The position numbers and the translations under genes were made by a program. Below the pieces are notes generated by a model, which saw nothing but the letters and a program-made list of their open reading frames with translations, was not told the origin of the DNA and did no database searches. Source: Escherichia coli O127:H6 str. E2348/69 (GTDB lineage: Bacteria > Pseudomonadota > Gammaproteobacteria > Enterobacterales > Enterobacteriaceae). Taken from it: a stretch of 64,000 nt of DNA. This document shows, one piece after another, positions 56,544 through 64,000 of the stretch (positions are counted from its first letter, which is position 1; every line of letters starts with the position of its first letter). The stretch is taken from NCBI RefSeq assembly GCF_000026545.1, contig NC_011601.1; one strand, 5' to 3'.

Positions 56544-58211
56544 ATGATCCACGCCTTTATTAAAAAAGGGTGTTTTCAGGATTCGGTCAGTTTAATGATT
56601 ATTTCACGAAAACTCAGCGAATCAGAAAATGTTGATGATGTTTCCGTAATGATGGGTACGCCCGCCAATAAAGCGTTATTAGATACTACAGGTTTCTGGC
56701 ATGACGATTTTAATAACGCCACGCCGAACGATATTTGCGTGGCAATTCGTAGCGAAGCGGCGGATGCGGGGATCGCGCAGGCGGTTATGCAGCAGCTTGA
56801 AGAGGCGCTAAAACAACTGGCGCAGGGTTCAGGCAGCAGCCAGGCGTTGACGCAGGTGCGTCGCTGGGACAGTGCCAGTCAGAAATTACCCGATGCCAAT
56901 CTGGCGCTGATTTCAGTGGCTGGTGAGTATGCGGCGGAGCTGGCGAACCAGGCGCTGGATCGCAACCTCAACGTGATGATGTTCTCCGATAACGTCACGC
57001 TGGAAGATGAAATCCAACTTAAAACCCGCGCGCGGGAAAAAGGCTTGCTGGTGATGGGGCCAGACTGCGGTACGTCGATGATTGCCGCCACGCCGCTGGC
57101 TTTTGCTAACGTGATGCCGGAAGGCAACATTGGCGTCATAGGCGCTTCCGGTACCGGGATTCAGGAGCTGTGCTCACAGATTGCGCTGGCAGGGGAGGGA
57201 ATTACTCACGCGATTGGTCTTGGCGGGCGCGATCTCAGCCGTGAAGTGGGCGGCATCAGTGCGCTAACGGCGCTGGAAATGCTCAGTGCAGACGAGAAAA
57301 GCGAAGTGCTGGCATTTGTTTCAAAACCACCTGCCGAAACTGTGCGTCTGAAAATTGTTAATGCCATGAAAGCAACTGGCAAAACGACGGTGGCGCTGTT
57401 TTTAGGTTATACCCCGGCGGTGGCCCGCGACGAGAATGTCTGGTTTGCCTCCTCGCTGGATGAGGCCGCTCGTCTGGCTTGTCTGCTTTCACGCGTCACT
57501 GCGCGACGTAACGCGATAGCGCCTGCCAGCAGCGGATTTATTTGCGGTTTGTATACCGGCGGTACGCTGGCTGCTGAAGCGGCGGGATTACTTGCCGGAC
57601 ACCTTGGCGTGGAAGCCGACGATACCCATCAACATGGCATGATGCTGGACGCCGACGGACATCAGATCCTCGACCTGGGCGATGATTTTTACACCGTCGG
57701 GCGTCCCCATCCGATGATCGACCCGACCTTACGCAACCTGTTAATTGCCGATCTCGGCGCTAAACCGCAAGTGCGCGTGTTGCTGCTTGATGTCGTGATT
57801 GGCTTCGGTGCGACCGCCGATCCTGCCGCCTCGCTGGTGAGCGCCTGGCAAAAAGCCTGTGCCGCGCGTTCAGACAATCAACCACTGTATGCCATTGCCA
57901 CGGTGACAGGCACTGAACGTGACCCGCAATGCCGCGCGCAGCAAATCGCCACGCTGGAAGATGCGGGGATCGCGGTAGTGAGTTCGCTACCGGAAGCCAC
58001 CTTGCTGGCGGCGGCGTTAATTCATCCGCTCTCGCCTGCCACACAGCAACACACACCGTCATTACTGGAAAACGTCGCCGTGATTAACATCGGATTACGC
58101 AGCTTTGCGCTGGAGCTACAAAGCGCCAGCAAACCGGTTGTGCATTACCAATGGTCGCCAGTCGCCGGCGGCAATAAAAAACTGGCTCGTTTATTAGAAC
58201 GTTTGCAATAA
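56544..58211 (+). CDS. fdrA: FdrA (acyl-CoA-synthetase-like; proposed oxamate-branch component), 555 aa
   Basis: ORF track; recognised. Confidence 0.85.
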   Translation: MIHAFIKKGCFQDSVSLMIISRKLSESENVDDVSVMMGTPANKALLDTTGFWHDDFNNATPNDICVAIRSEAADAGIAQAVMQQLEEALKQLAQGSGSSQALTQVRRWDSASQKLPDANLALISVAGEYAAELANQALDRNLNVMMFSDNVTLEDEIQLKTRAREKGLLVMGPDCGTSMIAATPLAFANVMPEGNIGVIGASGTGIQELCSQIALAGEGITHAIGLGGRDLSREVGGISALTALEMLSADEKSEVLAFVSKPPAETVRLKIVNAMKATGKTTVALFLGYTPAVARDENVWFASSLDEAARLACLLSRVTARRNAIAPASSGFICGLYTGGTLAAEAAGLLAGHLGVEADDTHQHGMMLDADGHQILDLGDDFYTVGRPHPMIDPTLRNLLIADLGAKPQVRVLLLDVVIGFGATADPAASLVSAWQKACAARSDNQPLYAIATVTGTERDPQCRAQQIATLEDAGIAVVSSLPEATLLAAALIHPLSPATQQHTPSLLENVAVINIGLRSFALELQSASKPVVHYQWSPVAGGNKKLARLLERLQ

Positions 58212-58220
58212 GGGGTTCCC

Positions 58221-59480
58221 ATGTTTACATCAGTGGCGCAAGCCAATGCTGCGGTTATCGAACAAATTCGTCGGGCTCGTCCACACTGGCTGGATGTGCA
58301 ACCGTCTTCTTCACTTATCAGCGAACTAAACAAGGGCAAAACACTGCTTCACGCCGGGCCGCCAATGCGCTGGCAGGAGATGACCGGACCCATGAAAGGT
58401 GCATGTGTGGGCGCATGTCTGTTCGAAGGCTGGGCGAAAGATGAAGCGCAGGCGCTGGCAATACTGGAGCAGGGGGAAGTGAACTTCATTCCTTGTCACC
58501 ATGTGAATGCTGTCGGGCCAATGGGCGGTATTACTTCTGCCAGTATGCCGATGCTGGTGGTCGAGAACGTGACCGACGGCAACCGGGCGTACTGCAACCT
58601 CAACGAAGGTATCGGCAAAGTGATGCGTTTTGGCGCTTACGGCGAAGATGTCCTGACTCGCCATCGCTGGATGCGCGATGTGTTAATGCCAGTATTAAGC
58701 GCGGCGCTGGGGCGCATGGAGCGCGGTATCGATCTCACGGCAATGATGGCGCAGGGCATTACCATGGGCGATGAGTTCCATCAACGCAATATTGCTTCCT
58801 CAGCACTGTTAATGCGTACGCTGGCCCCACAAATTGCTCGCCTCGATCATGATAAACAGCACATTGCGGAAGTGATGGATTTCCTCAGCGTGACCGATCA
58901 GTTCTTCCTCAACCTCGCGATGGCCTACTGCAAGGCGGCGATGGATGCTGGCGCGATGATCCGCGCAGGCAGCATCATTACGGCTATGACCCGCAACGGC
59001 AATATGTTCGGGATTCGGGTAAGCGGGCTGGGTGAACGCTGGTTTACTGCGCCTGTAAACACTCCGCAAGGTCTGTTTTTCACCGGCTTCTCGCAGGAGC
59101 AGGCGAACCCGGATATGGGCGATAGCGCGATTACCGAAACCTTTGGTATCGGAGGTGCGGCAATGATCGCAGCGCCTGGCGTAACGCGCTTTGTCGGTGC
59201 GGGTGGCATGGAAGCGGCCAGAGCGGTATCTGAAGAGATGGCGGAAATTTACCTTGAACGCAATATGCAGTTGCAGATCCCCGGCTGGGATTTCCAGGGT
59301 GCGTGCCTGGGGCTGGACATTCGTCGCGTGGTAGAAACCGGCATTACGCCACTCATCAATACCGGTATCGCCCATAAAGAGGCGGGGATCGGGCAGATTG
59401 GCGCAGGCACCGTGCGGGCACCGCTGGCGTGCTTTGAGCAGGCGCTGGAAGCACTGGCTGAAAGCATGGGGATTGGTTGA
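58221..59480 (+). CDS. ylbE: DUF1116 protein YlbE, intact 419 aa
   Basis: ORF track; single uninterrupted frame. Confidence 0.8.
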   Translation: MFTSVAQANAAVIEQIRRARPHWLDVQPSSSLISELNKGKTLLHAGPPMRWQEMTGPMKGACVGACLFEGWAKDEAQALAILEQGEVNFIPCHHVNAVGPMGGITSASMPMLVVENVTDGNRAYCNLNEGIGKVMRFGAYGEDVLTRHRWMRDVLMPVLSAALGRMERGIDLTAMMAQGITMGDEFHQRNIASSALLMRTLAPQIARLDHDKQHIAEVMDFLSVTDQFFLNLAMAYCKAAMDAGAMIRAGSIITAMTRNGNMFGIRVSGLGERWFTAPVNTPQGLFFTGFSQEQANPDMGDSAITETFGIGGAAMIAAPGVTRFVGAGGMEAARAVSEEMAEIYLERNMQLQIPGWDFQGACLGLDIRRVVETGITPLINTGIAHKEAGIGQIGAGTVRAPLACFEQALEALAESMGIG

Positions 59481-59490
59481 GGAACGCACA

Positions 59491-60306
59491 ATGACGATCA
59501 TCCATCCTCTACTTGCCAGCCGTAGCGCACCGAATTATCGCCAGTCCTGGCGGTTAGCGGGAGTGTGGCGGCGGGCGATTAACCTGATGACGGAAAGCGG
59601 CGAACTGTTAACGCTGCATCGTCAGGGGAGTGGTTTCGGCCCCGGCGGATGGGTGCTTCGCCGCGCGCAATTCGATGCGTTATGCGGTGGATTATGCGGC
59701 AATGAACGACCACAGGTTGTGGCACAAGGGATTCGCCTCGGGCGTTTCACGGTTAAACAGCCACAGCGTTATTGTTTGCTACGTATTACGCCGCCTGCGC
59801 ATCCTCAAGCGCTTGCCGTTGCATGGATGCAACGCGCGGAGGAAACCGGGCTTTTCGGGCCACTGGCATTGGCGGCAAGCGATCCGCTGCCTGCTGAATT
59901 ACGCCAGTTTCGTCACTGTTTTCAGGCCGCGCTCAATGGCGTTAAGACCGACTGGCGGCACTGGCTGGGTAAAGGCCCCGGATTAACGCCAAGTCATGAT
60001 GACACGCTGAGCGGAATGCTGCTGGCGGCCTGGTATTATGGCGCTTTAGATGCGCGCTCCGGTCGCCCGTTTTTTGCCTGTTCCGACAATCTTCAACTCG
60101 TTACCACTGCGGTGAGCGTCAGTTATTTACGTTATGCCGCGCAAGGATATTTCGCCTCGCCACTCCTGCACTTTGTTCATGCTCTGAGTTGCCCGAAACG
60201 TACCGCAGCGGCGATCGATTCGCTGCTGGCGCTGGGGCATACGTCAGGGGCCGATACGCTGCTGGGGTTCTGGCTTGGCCAACAATTATTACAAGGAAAA
60301 CCATGA
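59491..60306 (+). CDS. ylbF: DUF2877 protein YlbF, 271 aa
   Basis: ORF 59398..60306 trimmed to [12 protein letters not shown]...; overlaps ybcF start. Confidence 0.75.
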   Translation: MTIIHPLLASRSAPNYRQSWRLAGVWRRAINLMTESGELLTLHRQGSGFGPGGWVLRRAQFDALCGGLCGNERPQVVAQGIRLGRFTVKQPQRYCLLRITPPAHPQALAVAWMQRAEETGLFGPLALAASDPLPAELRQFRHCFQAALNGVKTDWRHWLGKGPGLTPSHDDTLSGMLLAAWYYGALDARSGRPFFACSDNLQLVTTAVSVSYLRYAAQGYFASPLLHFVHALSCPKRTAAAIDSLLALGHTSGADTLLGFWLGQQLLQGKP

Positions 60307-61196
60307 AAACACTGGTTGTGGCTCTTGGGGGCAACGCCTTACTCCAGCGCGGTGAGGCGCTGACGGCAGAAAATCAATATCGCAATATTGCCAGTGCTGT
60401 ACCCGCGCTGGCGCGCCTGGCCCGTTCTTATCGGCTGGCGATTGTTCACGGCAACGGACCGCAGGTGGGGCTGCTGGCGTTACAGAATCTGGCGTGGAAA
60501 GAGGTAGAACCGTATCCGCTGGATGTACTGGTGGCGGAAAGCCAGGGGATGATTGGCTATATGCTGGCGCAGAGCTTGAGCGCACAGCCGCAGATGCCGC
60601 CTGTCACGACGGTGCTGACGCGCATTGAGGTTTCGCCTGATGATCCGGCGTTTTTACAGCCAGAGAAGTTTATCGGTCCGGTTTATCAGCCAGAAGAACA
60701 AGAGGCACTGGAAGCGGCTTACGGCTGGCAGATGAAACGTGATGGTAAATATTTACGCCGGGTGGTGGCGTCTCCGCAACCGCGTAAAATTCTCGACAGC
60801 GAAGCCATCGAGTTGTTGCTCAAAGAGGGGCATGTGGTGATTTGCAGTGGCGGCGGCGGTGTGCCTGTGGCGGAAGACGGGGCAGGGAGTGAAGCGGTGA
60901 TTGATAAAGATCTCGCCGCTGCGTTGCTCGCCGAGCAGATTAATGCCGATGGACTGGTGATCCTCACCGATGCTGATGCGGTATATGAAAACTGGGGAAC
61001 GCCGCAGCAACGTGCCATTCGCCATGCCACACCGGATGAGTTAGCGCCATTTGCCAAAGCCGATGGTTCGATGGGGCCGAAGGTAACGGCGGTGAGTGGC
61101 TATGTCAGAAGCCGTGGTAAACCCGCGTGGATTGGGGCGTTATCGCGGATTGAAGAGACGCTGGCGGGCGAAGCGGGGACTTGTATTTCGCTGTAG
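60303..61196 (+). CDS. ybcF: Carbamate-kinase-like protein, 297 aa
   Basis: ORF 60189..61196 trimmed to [17 protein letters not shown] (amino-acid kinase fold). Confidence 0.85.
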   Translation: MKTLVVALGGNALLQRGEALTAENQYRNIASAVPALARLARSYRLAIVHGNGPQVGLLALQNLAWKEVEPYPLDVLVAESQGMIGYMLAQSLSAQPQMPPVTTVLTRIEVSPDDPAFLQPEKFIGPVYQPEEQEALEAAYGWQMKRDGKYLRRVVASPQPRKILDSEAIELLLKEGHVVICSGGGGVPVAEDGAGSEAVIDKDLAAALLAEQINADGLVILTDADAVYENWGTPQQRAIRHATPDELAPFAKADGSMGPKVTAVSGYVRSRGKPAWIGALSRIEETLAGEAGTCISL

Positions 61197-61214
61197 TGAT
61201 GGGCACCAGGCAAT

Positions 61215-61420
61215 TGGCACATCTAGCCTGATGCGATGCTGGCGCGTCTTATCAGGTCTACAGGCGGTGTCGGAACGGTAGGCCGGATAAGGCGTTCACG
61301 CCGCATCCGGCAATCGGCACACCATGCCTGATGCGATGCTGGCGCATCTTATCAGGCCTACAGTCGGTGTTGGAACGGTAGGCCTGATAAGGCGTTCACG
61401 CCGCATGCGGCAAGAAAATG
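61215..61420. repeat. Tandem BIME: two roughly 100-bp units, each a REP pair
   Basis: gcctgatgcgatgctggcgcgtcttatcagg...taggccggataaggcgttcacgccgcatccggca repeated almost exactly. Confidence 0.8.
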
Positions 61421-61428
61421 AGCATCAA

Positions 61429-62496
61429 TTAACTGAACTTACTCTGCGCCCACATCACGCCGCTGGCATACTCCGGCGGCAGCAGTGGGATTAAGGCTTC
61501 CAGCGTCGCGGTCAGACGCGATGTGTCGCTGTCGGTCAAATTCAAATGCCCCACTTTACGGCCCGGACGGACTTCTTTGTCGTACCAGTGCAGATGCACA
61601 AGCGGCAGTTTCAGCCAGTCATAATTCAGATCGCTACCAATCAGATTGATCATCACCGACGGATTATTCACTACTGGTTGCGGTAACGGCAGATCGGTAA
61701 TTGCCCGCAGATGTAGCTCAAACTGGCTGATGCTGGCACCGTTTTGTGTCCAGTGCCCACTGTTATGCACACGCGGAGCCAGTTCGTTGATCAGCAGACC
61801 TTGTGGGGTGACAAAACACTCCATTGCCATCACGCCTACATAGCTCAGCTCCTGCATAATCGCCGACAACATCTCTTCAGCTTGCGCCTGTTGCTGTGCG
61901 TTGGCCTGCGGGAAAGCGACGCTGGTGCGCAAAATGCCGTCCTGATGCAGGTTATGCGTCAGCGGATAAAACACGGTGCTGCCATCAAAACCGCGCGCGC
62001 CAACCAGCGACACTTCACCAGAGAAGTTTATGCCCTGCTCGACAATACATTCGCCGTAGCATTCAGCCGGTAACTGTTCGGTTTCAGCGGCGCGTAAACG
62101 CCATTGACCGCGTCCGTCATAGCCACCAGTGCGGCGCTTAACAATCGCCAGCTCACCTAAACGATCAAACACCGCAGGCCACTCGCTGCGTTCGGCAAGT
62201 AACTGCCACGGTGCGGTCGGCAGGTGGAGTTTATCGAAAAGCTGCTTCTGAGTCAGACGGTCGGCAATAATCGGGAACACATCGCGGTTCACAAAGGCCG
62301 GATGGCGTGCCAGCTCGCGGGTTAATGCGGTTTCCGGCCAGCGTTCGATCTCAGCGGTAATCACGCTTTGTTGAAAAGGCACCGCCGCCGGTTCAGCGTC
62401 CAGCCCGACCGGCCAGACAGCAATGCCTAACGGTTCGCCTGCCTGACGTAGCATACGGCCTAACTGCCCGTTCCCGAGGACGCAAACCTGTTTCAT
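61429..62496 (-). CDS. purK: N5-carboxyaminoimidazole ribonucleotide synthase, 355 aa
   Basis: ORF track; ATP-grasp; overlaps purE stop. Confidence 0.9.
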   Translation of the reverse strand: MKQVCVLGNGQLGRMLRQAGEPLGIAVWPVGLDAEPAAVPFQQSVITAEIERWPETALTRELARHPAFVNRDVFPIIADRLTQKQLFDKLHLPTAPWQLLAERSEWPAVFDRLGELAIVKRRTGGYDGRGQWRLRAAETEQLPAECYGECIVEQGINFSGEVSLVGARGFDGSTVFYPLTHNLHQDGILRTSVAFPQANAQQQAQAEEMLSAIMQELSYVGVMAMECFVTPQGLLINELAPRVHNSGHWTQNGASISQFELHLRAITDLPLPQPVVNNPSVMINLIGSDLNYDWLKLPLVHLHWYDKEVRPGRKVGHLNLTDSDTSRLTATLEALIPLLPPEYASGVMWAQSKFS

Positions 62497-63002
62497 GCCG
62501 CACCTCGCGGGTCCGGGTTTTCCAGCACTTCATCAGTTTGTGCTTTGCGCCATTCATTCAGACGCTGGTGCAGTTCTTTATCATGAGTCGCAAGAATTTG
62601 TGCTGCCAGTAACGCCGCGTTTGCCGCGCCAGCTTTACCAATCGCCAGCGTACCCACCGGAATGCCGCGCGGCATTTGTACGATGGAGTAGAGGCTATCG
62701 ACACCGCTCAGTGCGGCGCTCTGTACTGGCACGCCCAGCACCGGCACCAGCGTTTTGGCGGCAATCATGCCAGGCAGGTGCGCTGCGCCGCCTGCGCCCG
62801 CAATAATCACCTGATAACCGTTCTCTTCGGCGCTTTCGGCGAAGCTGAACAGTTTATCGGGGGTGCGGTGAGCAGAAACCACTTCAACGTGGTGCGGGAC
62901 ATTCAGGATTTCGAAGATTTCGGCGGCGAACTGCATGGTAGCCCAGTCGCTTTTGGACCCCATCACGATGGCGACACGCGCCGGATTATTGCGGGAAGAC
63001 AT
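62493..63002 (-). CDS. purE: N5-CAIR mutase, 169 aa
   Basis: ORF 62493..63029 trimmed to [20 protein letters not shown]. Confidence 0.9.
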   Translation of the reverse strand: MSSRNNPARVAIVMGSKSDWATMQFAAEIFEILNVPHHVEVVSAHRTPDKLFSFAESAEENGYQVIIAGAGGAAHLPGMIAAKTLVPVLGVPVQSAALSGVDSLYSIVQMPRGIPVGTLAIGKAGAANAALLAAQILATHDKELHQRLNEWRKAQTDEVLENPDPRGAA

Positions 63003-63074
63003 GCGTCTTAAAACTCCTGTGGTGCACAACTCTCGGCTTTAGAGGGCACAGAGAATAGCACGGAAAGAGAGCAA

Positions 63075-63090
63075 GGAAAACGGTTGCGTG
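63075..63090 (-). promoter_or_regulatory. Candidate PurR box upstream of purEK
   Basis: Minus strand reads ACGCAACCGTTTTCC, close to the PurR operator consensus as I recall it. Confidence 0.5.
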
Positions 63091-63119
63091 GCTGTGAAAT
63101 CAGCAAAGTTGCGGGTTTT

Positions 63120-63842
63120 TTAAAACGGGAAATGAATCAGCTCAACGTCATCCGCCGTGACTTTCACCATTGAACCTTCCGTATGCCAGGCACCCAGCAC
63201 GACGCGGAAAGCAGGTTGCTGATTGGCGATAAGTTCATGTACTGCCGGGCGATGGGTATGCCCGTGAATCAGCCATTGCACCTGATGTTTTTCCATCGCA
63301 TTGACCACCGCGTTTTGGTTAACGTCCATGATCGCCAGCGATTTACTGCTGTTGGCTTCTTTGCTGTTCGCTCGCATTCGCGCGGCAATGCGTTTGCGCA
63401 CAAACAACGGCAGGGCGAGAAATAGCGTTTGCAGCCAGGGTTTGTGGACTTTGGCGCGAAAAGCCTGATAACCCGCGTCATCGGTGCACAGCGTGTCGCC
63501 ATGCATAATCAACACCCGACGACCATAAAGTTCGAGCACCTTCTCTTCCGGCAATAACGTCATGCCGCTTTCACGGGCAAAGCGTTTGCCGAGCAGAAAA
63601 TCACGGTTGCCATGAATGAAATAACAGGGAACGCCGGAATCGGACACCGCTTTGATCGCTGCCGCCATCTGGTGATGAAGTGGGTTGGGATCGTCGTCGC
63701 CGATCCAGGCTTCAAACAGATCGCCAAGAATATACAGCGCATCGGCCTTGCGGGCCTCCCCCGCTAAAAAACGCAGAAAACCGGCGGTGATCGCCGGTTC
63801 TTCCACGCAGAGATGAAGATCTGCAATAAAGAGTGTCGCCAC
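63120..63842 (-). CDS. lpxH: UDP-2,3-diacylglucosamine hydrolase, 240 aa
   Basis: ORF track; metallophosphatase motifs (DLHL, GNRDF). Confidence 0.9.
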   Translation of the reverse strand: MATLFIADLHLCVEEPAITAGFLRFLAGEARKADALYILGDLFEAWIGDDDPNPLHHQMAAAIKAVSDSGVPCYFIHGNRDFLLGKRFARESGMTLLPEEKVLELYGRRVLIMHGDTLCTDDAGYQAFRAKVHKPWLQTLFLALPLFVRKRIAARMRANSKEANSSKSLAIMDVNQNAVVNAMEKHQVQWLIHGHTHRPAVHELIANQQPAFRVVLGAWHTEGSMVKVTADDVELIHFPF

Positions 63843-63844
63843 GA

Positions 63845-64000
63845 TTACTCGCTAACGGTCACGCTTTCAATGATAACGTCTTCTTTTGGCACGTCCTGGT
63901 GCATACCGCTACGACCGGTTGCCACACCTTTGATTTTGTCTACCACGTCCATGCCTTCAACCACTTCAGCAAATACGCAGTAGCCCCAACCTTGCAGGCT
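63845..64000 (-). CDS. ppiB: Peptidyl-prolyl isomerase B, C-terminal fragment; rest lies beyond the window
   Basis: Minus-strand frame ends ...ESVTVSE* with cyclophilin-like upstream residues; conserved neighbour of lpxH. Confidence 0.7.
   Translation of the reverse strand, partial: SLQGWGYCVFAEVVEGMDVVDKIKGVATGRSGMHQDVPKEDVIIESVTVSE

Overview
This window looks like an Escherichia coli-type chromosomal segment (gene order and protein sequences recognised from memory; no database search was possible). It runs from the 3' end of mscK through priC, apt, dnaX, recR, htpG, adk, hemH, gsk, ushA, copA, cueR, fetAB, tesA, ybbAP, the allantoin/glyoxylate cluster and purEK to lpxH and the 3' end of ppiB. 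Most of it is conserved core. Two stretches are not explained by the core gene order as I remember it for K-12. (1) About 3.3 kb between cueR and ybbJ (about 26522-29850), where I recall the two genes abutting in K-12, carries a minus-strand operon: a short trimeric-autotransporter-like protein with a YadA-type C-terminal anchor, a lipoprotein, a small membrane protein and an apparently frameshifted 240-aa gene, plus a divergent HTH regulator across an AT-rich intergenic region. This is the best candidate for an undescribed system. (2) Between ybbP and mnmH (about 38290-40090), where K-12 carries the rhsD element, there is instead a single DDE-transposase gene, a 27-codon micro-ORF with a strong ribosome-binding site, and duplicated hairpin and 16-bp direct repeats. 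Also present are the dnaX and copA programmed-frameshift sites, the ChiX sRNA, sigma-32, CueR, AllR and PurR regulatory sites, and several REP/BIME clusters. Coordinates for CDSs follow the supplied ORF track; coordinates for short non-coding features were counted by hand and may be off by a base or two. No tRNA, rRNA, CRISPR array or prophage was seen.
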